Below are positions 29,502 to 38,587 of a stretch of 64,000 bases of DNA, piece by piece (position 1 is the stretch's first letter; the number at the start of each line of letters is the position of its first letter). The stretch is from an uncultured Pseudomonadota bacterium. GTDB taxonomy: Bacteria; Pseudomonadota; Alphaproteobacteria; Acetobacterales; Acetobacteraceae. Location: NCBI GenBank assembly GCA_963794625.1, contig CAWCEU010000009.1:228523-292522 (forward strand), read 5' to 3'. The notes below the pieces were generated by a model. The model searched no databases and was not told the origin of the DNA. It was given only the letters and a program-made list of their open reading frames with translations. The position numbers were made by a program, and so were the translations under genes.

Positions 29502-29609
29502 CAGATTGCCCTTATCTGATTTTGCGGTGCAGCGAGGTCAAGTCCATGAAGGTTATAATTGGAGAATCCCGTCTTGACCCGGCGCGCCGGGGGCGCGGAG
29601 AGTTTTGCC

Positions 29610-30902
29610 ATGGGTCCTGAAGTTGACATTGTGAACACGCAGGGCGCCACCGCGCCGGCCCTGGCGGATGTGGTGGTGATCGGCGGCGGCATCATCGGCG
29701 TGTGCACGGCCTGGAGCCTGGCGCAGAAGGGCGCGAAGGTGGTGCTGTGCGAGAAAGGCAGCATCGCCGCCGAGCAATCCAGCCGCAACTGGGGCTGGGT
29801 GCGCGTGCAGGGGCGCGATGTGCGCGAGCTGCCGCTGATGTTCGAGGCGCAAAAACTCTGGCACCGGATGAACGACCTGACCGGCGCGGAGACGGGCTTC
29901 AGGGTTTGCGGCATCGCCTATCTCAACACCAACGCGAAGGAGCAGCGCGAGCGCGAGGCCTGGGCGGCGAGCGCGGTGCCGCTGGGGGCCAGCGCGGCGG
30001 TGCTGGACGCAGAAGGCGCGGCGGCCCTGCTGCCTGGGGCCGCGCGGCGCTTTGAAGGAGCGTTGTATACCGCCAGCGATGCCAGGGCGGAGCCGCAGCT
30101 TGCCGCCCCCGCCATGGCCCGCGCCGCGCAGGCGGCGGGCGTGGTGGTTTTGCAGAATTGCGCCGTGCGCGGGCTGGTGCGCGAAGGCGGCAAGATGATC
30201 GCCGTGGAAACGGAGCAAGGGCGCATCGGCTGCGCGAAAGCGGTGCTGGCGGGGGGCGCGTGGTCGCGCTTGTTCTGCCGCCGGCATGGCATCGAACTGC
30301 CGCAGTTGAAGGTGCGCTCCTCCGTGCTGCGGACACAGGCTCTGGACGGGCCGGAGCTTTCCGCCTCCGCGCATCATTACGCGTTCCGCAAGCGGCTGGA
30401 TGGCGGTTACAGCATCGCCAATGGCTGGATCTCGAACCCCGAGATCACGCCTGACGTGTTCCGGCTGTTCTTCAAGTTCCTGCCGGAATTCCTGTCGGAA
30501 CGGGATTATCTGCGCCCGCATCTCTCCAGCCAGTTTCTGAATGAATGGCGGCAGGAGCGGGATTATCTTGCCGGGCGCGCAATGCCGTTCGAGCAGGAGC
30601 GCGTTCTGGACCCTGCCCCGCAGATGGGCGGGCTGCGCCAGGCGATGAAACATCTGGCGCGGGATATTCCCGTGTTCGCGGGAGCGAAAGTGGCGCAGAG
30701 CTGGGCCGGTTTCATCGACGGCACGCCGGATGCGATCCCGGTGATTTCGGAGGTGGAAACGCTGCCGGGGTTTTACATCGCCACCGGCTTTTCCGGCCAT
30801 GGGTTTGGGATTGGGCCGGGGGCCGGGCGGCTGATGGCGGATATCGTGGCCGGGGATAAGCCGGTTGTTGATCCGGCGGCGTTCCGGTTGGGGAGGTTTT
30901 AG
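29610..30902 (+). CDS. FAD-dependent oxidoreductase (DadA/PuuB/OrdL-like amine oxidoreductase)
   Basis: Dinucleotide-binding VVVIGGGIIGVCTAWSLAQKGAKVVLCEKG followed by SSRNWGWV. ATG 29610 with GGAG at -9. Confidence 0.8.
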   Translation: MGPEVDIVNTQGATAPALADVVVIGGGIIGVCTAWSLAQKGAKVVLCEKGSIAAEQSSRNWGWVRVQGRDVRELPLMFEAQKLWHRMNDLTGAETGFRVCGIAYLNTNAKEQREREAWAASAVPLGASAAVLDAEGAAALLPGAARRFEGALYTASDARAEPQLAAPAMARAAQAAGVVVLQNCAVRGLVREGGKMIAVETEQGRIGCAKAVLAGGAWSRLFCRRHGIELPQLKVRSSVLRTQALDGPELSASAHHYAFRKRLDGGYSIANGWISNPEITPDVFRLFFKFLPEFLSERDYLRPHLSSQFLNEWRQERDYLAGRAMPFEQERVLDPAPQMGGLRQAMKHLARDIPVFAGAKVAQSWAGFIDGTPDAIPVISEVETLPGFYIATGFSGHGFGIGPGAGRLMADIVAGDKPVVDPAAFRLGRF

Positions 30903-30923
30903 GCGGGCCAACGTTGGAAGCGT

Positions 30924-30941
30924 TTGCTATCCGCATAGCAA
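30924..30941. promoter_or_regulatory. Perfect 18-bp palindrome TTGCTAT-CCGC-ATAGCAA, about 45 bp upstream of the flotillin-like gene
   Basis: Read directly; positioned as an operator/promoter-overlapping site for the downstream lower-GC gene. Confidence 0.45.
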
Positions 30942-30983
30942 GCCTGTTTCTTTTACGCCGGCCCCAGCGGCCTTGCGCTGGCT

Positions 30984-33017
30984 ATGCTAAACGGTAAGCT
31001 GCCCGAAACGGAAAGGACCTTCACGTTGGCACAATATTCTCAGTTGTTCGCCGGCGATCTCGGGTACTGGCTCCTATTCGGGATCGCCGCGCTAATCCTG
31101 CTGGTGATCCTGCTTAAATCGATCCGCAATATCGGCCCAACGGAAGTCGGGCTGGTGCGCAAGCGTTTTGCGTTAAAGAAACTTGGCGCGGGCAACGCTA
31201 TCGGCTTTCAAGGCGAGGCCGGGTACCAAGCCAAGCTGATGATGCCCGGCATCCAGTTCAAATTCTGGCCCCTATATGACGTGACGCGCCACCCGATGGT
31301 GCAAATCCCTTCCGGGCAGATTGGCGTGGTGATCGCGCAAGCCGGAATTCCTCTGCCCGTCGGCGCCAAATCCGGCATCTACAAGCCGGAATTCGGCAAT
31401 TTTCAGGACCTCTCCGGCTTCATTGAAGGCGGCGGCCAGAAGGGCGTGCAGCGCCCGGTGCTGCCGCCGGGCACGGTGGTGCCGATCCATCCGGTCGGGT
31501 TTCTCGTCATTACCAAGGACACTGTCTATGGCGTACCGATTGACGAAGCCTATGCGAAGCTGGAACGCAAGGGGGCGCTAAAGCCGCAATCCTTCGGTCT
31601 GGACCCGGAAGAGCTGGATGTCGTGCGGATCGAACCGCGCGTGTTCCAGGATGGCCGGGTGGTCGATATGATCGGTATCGTCACGACTTTCGATGGCCCG
31701 CCGCTGCCGAAGGGCGCGATCGCCAACCGCATCGGCGATTTCGTTGATCTCTCACGGATGGAAGCGAACCCGGCCACCAAGGACAGCGAACTGGTCGAGG
31801 CGATTCTCTCGGTCAAAAATGAGGATCATAATAATTATCAGGATTTTCAGGCTTTTTTGGACCATGGCGGGCGCATCGGGTTGCAGCATGATCCGTTAAT
31901 GTACGGCGCCTATAACCTCAATCCGTTTCTGGTGGCCGTGGAAATGGTACCAATGCTGGTGGTCAATCAGGGCGAGGTCGCGGTGCTGAAGGCCTATGTC
32001 GGACTCGCGACGGAAGACACTTCGGGGGTTGAGTTTAAATTCGGCTCGCTGGTCCGCCCCGGACATCGCGGCATCTGGCAGGAACCGTTGCGCACCGGCA
32101 AATATGCGATCAACCCGCGCTGTTACAGTGCCGAAATCGTGCCGACCTTCATCCTTACCTTGAACTGGGCTGATGCGTCCTCGACCGCGCATAATCTGGA
32201 CAAGGCCCTCAAGCAAATCGTCGCGAAATCGAAAGAAGGGTTTGTCTTCAACATCGATCTGCAAGTACAGATCCATGTGCCCGACACCGAGGCGCCGAAA
32301 GTCATCTCGATTGTCGGAACCATGCTGAACCTGGTGACCGAGGTGCTGCAAGCCGCTGTTGGCAATCATTTCCGTGATAAGCTGCAAGCCATGCCGGCGA
32401 TCGATTTTATCGAGAAACGTCAAGATGTGCAGATCCAGGCGCAGGCGCATATCACTGAAAGGCTGAAGGAATACCGTATCGAGACGCGCGGCGTGTATAT
32501 CCAGGACGTCATTTTTCCGCAGGCGCTCGTCGACGTGCTCACCACCCGCGAAATCGCCAACCAACAGCAAGAAACTTACAAAGCGGAAGAAAAGGCGCAA
32601 GGGCAGCGCCTGGAACTCGAACAATCCCGCGGCAAGGCGGACATGCAATCGGAACTGGCGCGCTCTGCCATCGGCATCGACATCGCGCGGAACAGGGCGC
32701 AGGGCGTACAGGCGGAGGCCGACGGTGAATCCTACCGGCTGGAGAAAGTCGGCCGCGCCAGCGCCGTGAAAACGGAGGCGGATGGTCTCGCCATCGCCAA
32801 AGGCCTCGAAGCGCAGCAACTCGCCGTCGGCAAGGACCAGACCGCGCTCATCAATGTCATGCGGGCACTGGCCGATGGCACGCAACAATTCATGCCGGAA
32901 AATCTTGCTTTAACCCTGGGCGAGGCCGGACTCGGCGGCAACCTGAACGCTCTCATCCCCCTCATCATGGGCCGCCTGCAACAACACAACGCCGGACCGC
33001 CATTGCCACCCGCCTAG
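30984..33017 (+). CDS. Flotillin-like SPFH/Band-7 domain protein (N-terminal TM anchor, SPFH domain, long coiled-coil tail)
   Basis: 677 aa; TM YWLLFGIAALILLVILL; SPFH core; C-terminal heptad-rich EA/Q-rich region (QQQETYKAEEKAQGQRLELEQSRGKADMQSELARSA...). Noticeably lower GC and atypical codon usage (AAA, TTT, ATT, TTA) compared with neighbours. Confidence 0.75.
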   Translation: MLNGKLPETERTFTLAQYSQLFAGDLGYWLLFGIAALILLVILLKSIRNIGPTEVGLVRKRFALKKLGAGNAIGFQGEAGYQAKLMMPGIQFKFWPLYDVTRHPMVQIPSGQIGVVIAQAGIPLPVGAKSGIYKPEFGNFQDLSGFIEGGGQKGVQRPVLPPGTVVPIHPVGFLVITKDTVYGVPIDEAYAKLERKGALKPQSFGLDPEELDVVRIEPRVFQDGRVVDMIGIVTTFDGPPLPKGAIANRIGDFVDLSRMEANPATKDSELVEAILSVKNEDHNNYQDFQAFLDHGGRIGLQHDPLMYGAYNLNPFLVAVEMVPMLVVNQGEVAVLKAYVGLATEDTSGVEFKFGSLVRPGHRGIWQEPLRTGKYAINPRCYSAEIVPTFILTLNWADASSTAHNLDKALKQIVAKSKEGFVFNIDLQVQIHVPDTEAPKVISIVGTMLNLVTEVLQAAVGNHFRDKLQAMPAIDFIEKRQDVQIQAQAHITERLKEYRIETRGVYIQDVIFPQALVDVLTTREIANQQQETYKAEEKAQGQRLELEQSRGKADMQSELARSAIGIDIARNRAQGVQAEADGESYRLEKVGRASAVKTEADGLAIAKGLEAQQLAVGKDQTALINVMRALADGTQQFMPENLALTLGEAGLGGNLNALIPLIMGRLQQHNAGPPLPPA

Positions 33018-33200
33018 AGCGCGATTGCCGGAAATACCGGAGGAAGAGGAATGCCTGCCACGTCCATTTTCGGGACCGCCAATCCCGCTCCTTGATGACC
33101 GGGTAGGGTCGAAACCGGCCTTCTTGCATCTCGCAGCAGAATATGGCCCAATCGTACTTAACGGCATTAACAACCCGCCGTGCCAAGAGGAACCGCGCTC

Positions 33201-34148
33201 ATGTCCCTGCCCGCCTTGCTGGATGGCCGCCTGGCTTTGCCCGCCATTGCCGCGCCGATGTTCATTATCTCGCAGCCGGAGCTGGTTATCGCGCAGTGCC
33301 GGGCGGGGGTGGTGGGGTCGTTTCCCTCGCTTAATGCCCGTCCCTCGGGCGCGCTGGAACAATGGCTGATCCGGCTGCGCCAGGAGCTGACGCAAAAGGA
33401 TGCGCCGTTTGCGGTCAACCTCATCGTCCATCGCACCAATACGCGGCTGGAGGAGGATCTGGCACTTTGCGTGAAATATCAGGTGCCTATCGTCATCACC
33501 TCGCTCGGCGCCAATCCTGAGGTGAATGGGGCGGTGCATTCCTATGGCGGCATCGTGCTGCACGACATCATCAATGACGAATTCGCCCATAAAGCGGTTT
33601 CACGCGGGGCGGATGGGCTGGTGGCCGTGGCGGCGGGGGCGGGCGGGCATGCGGGCACCATCTCGCCCTTCGCGCTCATTCAGGAAATCCGGACCTGGTT
33701 CGACGGCCTGCTGGCGCTTTCAGGCGCCATCGCCAATGGCCGCTCCATCGCCGCCGCGCGGGCGCTGGGGGCGGATCTGGCTTATATCGGCTCCGCCTTC
33801 ATCGCCACCGAGGAGGCCAACGCCGCCGAGGCCTATAAGCAGATGGTGGTGGAGAGTGCCGCGAAGGACATCATCTATTCCAATCTCTTCACCGGCGTGC
33901 ATGGCAATTATCTTGTTCCCAGCCTCGTCGCCGCGGGGTTGGACCCGGCGGCCCTGGCCAGCTCCGACGCCTCGAAAATGCAGATCATGGAGCTGGGGTC
34001 GGATACGAAGGCCTGGCGGGACATCTGGGGGGCGGGCCAGGGGATTGGCGCGGTGAAGCAAGTGGTTCCGGCCGCCAAGCTCGTCGCCCGGCTGCAGGAG
34101 GAATACAAGGCCGCGCTGGCGGCACTGGCGCGGGACCCCTGGGCTTAA
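33201..34148 (+). CDS. Nitronate monooxygenase (NMO/2-nitropropane dioxygenase family, FMN TIM barrel)
   Basis: LPAIAAPMFIISQPELVIAQCRAGVVGSF and GADGLVAVAAGAGGHAG motifs; ATG 33201 with AAGAGGA Shine-Dalgarno. Confidence 0.8.
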   Translation: MSLPALLDGRLALPAIAAPMFIISQPELVIAQCRAGVVGSFPSLNARPSGALEQWLIRLRQELTQKDAPFAVNLIVHRTNTRLEEDLALCVKYQVPIVITSLGANPEVNGAVHSYGGIVLHDIINDEFAHKAVSRGADGLVAVAAGAGGHAGTISPFALIQEIRTWFDGLLALSGAIANGRSIAAARALGADLAYIGSAFIATEEANAAEAYKQMVVESAAKDIIYSNLFTGVHGNYLVPSLVAAGLDPAALASSDASKMQIMELGSDTKAWRDIWGAGQGIGAVKQVVPAAKLVARLQEEYKAALAALARDPWA

Positions 34149-34180
34149 GGCGCGCGCACTAAAACATTGATATAGAACCG

Positions 34181-34232
34181 GATTCAGATTTTAGAGCGGA
34201 TCACAAAGTGATTCGATCTAAAATCATCCGGA
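34181..34232. repeat. About 52-bp imperfect palindromic element (GATTTTAGAGCGGATCAC-AAA-GTGATTCGATCTAAAATC core), with a related copy at 12829-12860
   Basis: About 18-bp stem with one mismatch, between convergent NMO and TetR genes. A 20-nt identical segment TAGATCCGGATGATTTTAGA occurs in the opposite orientation immediately 3' of tRNA-Arg. Confidence 0.6.
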
Positions 34233-34233
34233 T

Positions 34234-34836
34234 CTAGGGCTTGCGGGCGCCGCGCACCAGGCTGCGCATCATATCCCGGCGCAGCGTATCGAAATCCGGC
34301 GAATCATCCCTGATCTTGCCTGTCATCTGCAGGCTGATCAGCCCGTGCAGACCGGCCCAGAACAGATGCCCCAGCACGTTCGGGTCCGCCTCCAACCCGC
34401 CTTCGGCCACCATGCGCTCCACATAGAGCGTCATGTTCCCACGCGCCCGCGCCAGCGCCCTGGCGAATTCAGGGTAATCCGCGGGGTCCGGCTGGGTGAG
34501 CGAGAAGATCAGCCGGTACGCATCCGGGTTTTCGAAGGCGAAGGCGACATAAGCATCGCCCACGGCACGCGAAATCTCCCAGACATCACCCTGCCTGGCG
34601 GTGGCGGCCTCCAACGCGGCGGAGAGCGTGTCCAGCGCCGCCGTGCGCGCCGCCGCCAGGATCGCCTCCTTATTGGCGAAATAGCGGTAGAGCGCCGTGG
34701 CGGACCAGCCCAGCTCGCGCGCGATGGAGTGCATGGAGACATTCTCCAGCCCCAGCGCCACAGCCTGGTGCTCCGCGACACGGACGATTTTCTCACGCGT
34801 CTCGGCGACACGTTCATCTGACAAGGCTTGCGGCAT
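34234..34836 (-). CDS. TetR/AcrR family transcriptional regulator
   Basis: N-terminal HTH region VRVAEHQAVALGLENVSMHSIARELGWSATALYRYFANKEAIL; 200 aa. Confidence 0.85.
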   Translation of the reverse strand: MPQALSDERVAETREKIVRVAEHQAVALGLENVSMHSIARELGWSATALYRYFANKEAILAAARTAALDTLSAALEAATARQGDVWEISRAVGDAYVAFAFENPDAYRLIFSLTQPDPADYPEFARALARARGNMTLYVERMVAEGGLEADPNVLGHLFWAGLHGLISLQMTGKIRDDSPDFDTLRRDMMRSLVRGARKP

Positions 34837-34988
34837 CTAAGCTCCCGCCGAAATAGCGACCAGAAATACATGGGCACTGGCGATGCGCCAGCCAAATTCC
34901 GGAAACCTTACCCATAGCTGCGTTTGCCGACCGGCGCGCAACTCATCCTCTCGGATGAATTCCGCCTTCGCCAACGGATCGCCGATGG

Positions 34989-36338
34989 TCATGGCACCAC
35001 CTTGGCGGCCAGCACCCCGGCCTCCTCTAGCCGCGCGGCGGCGGCCAGGGCCAGGGCCTCACGGCCAGGGGCGGCAATAACCTGCACACCGCGCGGCAGG
35101 CCTGGGGAGGCCACCGGCACGCACACCACCGGCAGGCCGATGAAGCTGATCGGCTGGGTATAGAGCCCGATATTGGCGCGCAGCGGCACCGCCTCCCCGG
35201 CCAGATCAAAAGTGGGCTGGCCGATCAAGGGGGCGGTGATCGGCGTGGCGGGGGCCAGAAGCAGGTCGAAGCGCTGGAAGATCTCCAGGGCGCGCGCGTG
35301 GAACCAGGCGCGGAAGCGCTGGGCCTGGTAGATCGTCTCCGCCGGCTGCAAGGCACCCGCGATCAGGCGCGGCAGGGTGGCGTGGTCGTAATCCTGCGGG
35401 CGGGCGATCAGGTCCGGCTTGTGGAGCTGCCCGCCCTCGAAGGCGGTGATGCAGAAGGCGGCGGCGCGGGCGCGTTCGGCTTCCGGCAGGGTGACGCTGG
35501 CGGTGCCGCCCAGGGCATCCGCGACGATCTTCACCGCCTCCAGCATCCCGGTGCTGGCGCCGTGCTGAAACCATTCATCCAGCACCGCCACGCGGGCGGG
35601 GTCGATCCCCTGCCCCAGAAGCGGGCTGGCCTGCTCCTCGTCCTGCAGCACGTCATAGGCCAGAGCGAGGTCGGCGGCGGAGCGGGCGAAGGGGCCGATA
35701 TGGTCGAGACTATCCACGAAGGGGAAGCTGCCCGCGCGCGTCACGCGGCCATAGCTGGGTTTCAACCCGTAGACGCCGGTGAGCCCGGCGGGCAGGCGGA
35801 TGGAGCCGTTGGTGTCTGACCCCAGGCTGAGCGCGCAGAACCCGGCCGCGAGGGCGGCAACCGAGCCGCCGGAGGAGCCGCCGCAGATGCGCGCGGGATC
35901 GTGCGGATTGCGCGTTGGCCCGTCATGCGCGTTTTCGGTGACGAAGCCGTAGGCGAATTCGTCCATGTTCAACGCGCCCAGCAGCACGGCCCCGGCCTCG
36001 TTCAGCCGGGCGATATGCGGCGCATCCGCCTTGGCGGGCGGCGCGGTGCGGCGGATTTTCGAGCCGGCCAGGGTTGGCAGGCCGATAATGTCGAACAAAT
36101 TCTTCACCGCGAAAGGCACACCCGCCAGCGGGCCGGGATCGCCCCCCGCCTGCACCTTGGCATCCACCCAAGCCGCCTCGGCGCGGGCACGCTCGAACGT
36201 GCGGGCGGTGAAGCAGTTGAACATAGGGTCCAGCGCTTCGATGCGCGCGATATGCGCGGCCAGAATCTGGGATGCGGAGAGCTTGCCGGCGCGCACCTGC
36301 GCGGCAATTCCGGTGGCAGTCAGCTCATAGAGTTTCAT
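34989..36338 (-). CDS. Amidase signature family amidase, AtzE/allophanate-hydrolase-N-domain-like
   Basis: 449 aa; GGSSGGSVAALAAGFCALSLGSDTNGSIRLPAGLTGVYGLKPSYGRV signature. Immediately preceded by a DUF4089-like small ORF, as in AtzG-AtzE pairs. Confidence 0.8.
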   Translation of the reverse strand: MKLYELTATGIAAQVRAGKLSASQILAAHIARIEALDPMFNCFTARTFERARAEAAWVDAKVQAGGDPGPLAGVPFAVKNLFDIIGLPTLAGSKIRRTAPPAKADAPHIARLNEAGAVLLGALNMDEFAYGFVTENAHDGPTRNPHDPARICGGSSGGSVAALAAGFCALSLGSDTNGSIRLPAGLTGVYGLKPSYGRVTRAGSFPFVDSLDHIGPFARSAADLALAYDVLQDEEQASPLLGQGIDPARVAVLDEWFQHGASTGMLEAVKIVADALGGTASVTLPEAERARAAAFCITAFEGGQLHKPDLIARPQDYDHATLPRLIAGALQPAETIYQAQRFRAWFHARALEIFQRFDLLLAPATPITAPLIGQPTFDLAGEAVPLRANIGLYTQPISFIGLPVVCVPVASPGLPRGVQVIAAPGREALALAAAARLEEAGVLAAKVVP

Positions 36339-36344
36339 GAAATC

Positions 36345-36527
36345 TCACGGACGATAGCGCGGGGCAGCCTCGGTCTCCGGCGGCAGCGGAAAGGATTTTA
36401 CCAGCTCACCCTGCTGGCACAGCACGGAAAAGGCGGCTTCCACCGCCTCCCGGTGCTGAGGCCGGATGGGCAGGCCGAGCAGTTTCTCCGCGGCCGCCAG
36501 AAAAGCGGCCTGCGCGTCCTTGTCCAT
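36345..36527 (-). CDS. Small DUF4089/AtzG-like protein (GatC-like partner of the adjacent amidase)
   Basis: 60 aa: MDKDAQAAFLAAAEKLLGLPIRPQHREAVEAAFSVLCQQGELVKSFPLPPETEAAPRYRP. Size, the GLPI...FPL...E.EAA..YRP pattern and position directly upstream of an AS-family amidase match the AtzG/DUF4089 family. Its start overlaps the SBP stop by 1 nt (TGATG). Confidence 0.6.
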   Translation of the reverse strand: MDKDAQAAFLAAAEKLLGLPIRPQHREAVEAAFSVLCQQGELVKSFPLPPETEAAPRYRP

Positions 36528-37612
36528 CAGGAAAGCTTGCCGTCGACGCCCATCACCAATGTCTGCATGCTGGAGATATCGTCATCGCTCAGCGTTTTGC
36601 CGGCGGGGATCCAGGTTTTGCCGGTCTGGTCCATGACCGGGCCGGTGAAGACCTGGTTCTTGCCGGAGGAAATATCCGCCACCGTCTGCTGCGCGGCGGC
36701 GGAGACAGAATCCGGCATGTTGCGGAAGGGCGCCATGGCCAGCATGCCATCGGCAAAACCGCCTAGCGTGGCGGTGCTGCTCCAGGTGCCATCGAGTGCC
36801 GCCTTGCAGCGCTTGATGTAATAGCCGCCCCACTCGTTCACATCGGCGGTGAGCTGGGTCTTCGGCGCGAACTTGATCATGTCCGTCGCTTCTCCGAAGG
36901 CGGGAATCCCGCGGCTGGCGGCCACCTGCAAAGGTGCCGGGCTATCCGTGTGCTGGGTGATCACGTCGCAGCCCTGGTCGATCAGCGCTTTCGCGGCGTC
37001 GCCTTCCTTGCCGGGGTCGTACCAGCTATCGACCAGGATGAATTTCAGCCTGGCCTTCGGGTTCACGCTCTGCATGCCGAGCGTGACGGCGTTGATGCCG
37101 TTCACCACCTCGGGAATGGGCACGGAGCCGACATAACCGATGGTGCCGGTCTTGGAGAGATGCCCGGCGATGACGCCCTGCACGTAACGGCCCTGGTAAT
37201 AGCGGATGTCGTAGATGGCGAGATTCTTGGCCTGCTTATAGCCGGTGGCGTGCTCGAACATCACGTCCGGGTTCTTCGCCGCCACCTTCACCATGTAGTT
37301 CATATAGCCGAAGGAGGTGCCGAAGATCAGCTTATGGCCGGAGGACACCAGGCTCTCGAACACGGCCTGGGATTCAGGGGCTTCGGGCACGTTCTCGACA
37401 TAGGTGGTCTGGATGGCCGAACCCAGGGCGGCCTGGGCCTGCTTGCGGGCGATGTCGTGCTGATAAGTCCAGCCGAAATCACCGACCGGGCCGACATAGA
37501 CGAACCCCACCTTCAGCGGCGCATCGGCGCGCGCGGCGCGCATGATGCCGGGGGCGGCGAGCGCGGAGGCGCCGAGCATCGCGGTAAAGCCGCGGCGTTT
37601 GATTATGGACAT
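36527..37612 (-). CDS. BMP-family (basic membrane protein, nucleoside-binding type) ABC transporter substrate-binding protein
   Basis: 361 aa; signal peptide; PnrA/Med/BMP-like lipoprotein-family periplasmic binding fold. Confidence 0.8.
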   Translation of the reverse strand: MSIIKRRGFTAMLGASALAAPGIMRAARADAPLKVGFVYVGPVGDFGWTYQHDIARKQAQAALGSAIQTTYVENVPEAPESQAVFESLVSSGHKLIFGTSFGYMNYMVKVAAKNPDVMFEHATGYKQAKNLAIYDIRYYQGRYVQGVIAGHLSKTGTIGYVGSVPIPEVVNGINAVTLGMQSVNPKARLKFILVDSWYDPGKEGDAAKALIDQGCDVITQHTDSPAPLQVAASRGIPAFGEATDMIKFAPKTQLTADVNEWGGYYIKRCKAALDGTWSSTATLGGFADGMLAMAPFRNMPDSVSAAAQQTVADISSGKNQVFTGPVMDQTGKTWIPAGKTLSDDDISSMQTLVMGVDGKLS

Positions 37613-37660
37613 GGTCTTGCTCCTTGTGACTTCAAAAACATCAGGGTGACTTCAAAAACA

Positions 37661-38587
37661 TCAGGCGGCAGCGTGGAAATATTTGCCGAGGCAGGCGGGC
37701 TGGTTGAGCCGGATGCGCCGCGTATCGCGCGAGATGAGCACCAGCACCAGAATGGTGCCGGCATAAGGCAGCGCCGAGACCAGGGGCGAAGGCACGGAGA
37801 TGCCAAGCCCCTGCGCATAGAGCGCCAGGAAGGTGATGCCGCCGAAGAGATAGGCCCCCACCAGCAGCCAGAGCGGCCGCCAGGCGGCGAATACCACCAA
37901 GGCCAGCGCGATCCAGCCGCGCCCGGCGGTGAGGTCCTGCGACCAGAGCGGGGAATAGAACAGCGAGAGATACGCCCCCGCGATGCCCGCCATCGCGCCC
38001 CCGAACGCCACGGCGGCATAGCGGATGCGGATGACCGGATAGCCCATGGCGTGGGCGGCATCATGGCTGTCCCCCACCGCGCGCAGGATAAGCCCGGCAT
38101 GGGTCTTGTTCAGGAACCAGGCGATGAACGCCAGCATCGCGAAGGAGAAGTAGATCAGGACATTCTGATCAAAAAACACAGGCCCCAGCAGCGGAATTTG
38201 GCTGAGCAGCGGAATGGGGATGGCGTGCAGCACGGGCGAGGAAATGCCGACATAGCCCGCCCCGAGCAAGGCCGCGAAGCCATGGCCGAAGATGGTGAGC
38301 GCCAGACCGGTGGCGACCTGATTGGCCAGGAATGTAAGGGTGAGCAGGGCGAAGATCATCGCGATGAGCATGCCCGCCGCCGCCGCCGCCACCACGCCCA
38401 AGGCCGCGCTGCCGGTATCATGCGCGGTGGCGAACCCGGCGATGGCGCCCACCAGCATCATGCCCTCCACACCGAGATTCAGCACGCCGGATTTCTCCGC
38501 CACCAGCTCGCCCGAGGCCGCGATGAGCAGCGGGGTGGACGCCGCGACGACGGAGATGGCGAGGCTGGAGATATAAGCAAGATTCAT
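37661..38587 (-). CDS. ABC transporter permease (BMP/nucleoside type, NupQ/YufQ-like)
   Basis: 308 aa, about 8-9 TM; branched-chain/nucleoside-type permease fold; overlaps the upstream permease by 4 nt. Confidence 0.8.
   Translation of the reverse strand: MNLAYISSLAISVVAASTPLLIAASGELVAEKSGVLNLGVEGMMLVGAIAGFATAHDTGSAALGVVAAAAAGMLIAMIFALLTLTFLANQVATGLALTIFGHGFAALLGAGYVGISSPVLHAIPIPLLSQIPLLGPVFFDQNVLIYFSFAMLAFIAWFLNKTHAGLILRAVGDSHDAAHAMGYPVIRIRYAAVAFGGAMAGIAGAYLSLFYSPLWSQDLTAGRGWIALALVVFAAWRPLWLLVGAYLFGGITFLALYAQGLGISVPSPLVSALPYAGTILVLVLISRDTRRIRLNQPACLGKYFHAAA

Noticed and set aside
29550-29559. Perfect TATAAT hexamer (29554-29559) in the MFS/FAD-oxidoreductase divergent spacer as a promoter
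   Set aside because: No convincing -35 at 16-18 bp spacing and it lies only about 50 bp from the ATG. Plausible but unsupported, so not listed as a feature.
33051-33095. 15-codon ORF MPATSIFGTANPAP with strong GGAGGAAGAGGA Shine-Dalgarno in the spacer after the flotillin-like gene
   Set aside because: Too short and unsupported to call a leader peptide or microprotein; recorded only as a possibility.
12818-34232. Region between the tRNA-Arg 3' end and the matching repeat at 34.2 kb as a tRNA-integrated genomic island
   Set aside because: The repeats are inverted rather than direct. There is no integrase, excisionase or transposase. The content is chromosomal-type metabolism (A2M/PbpC, amidases, NagA-MurQ) at host-like GC except for the 2.3-kb flotillin segment.
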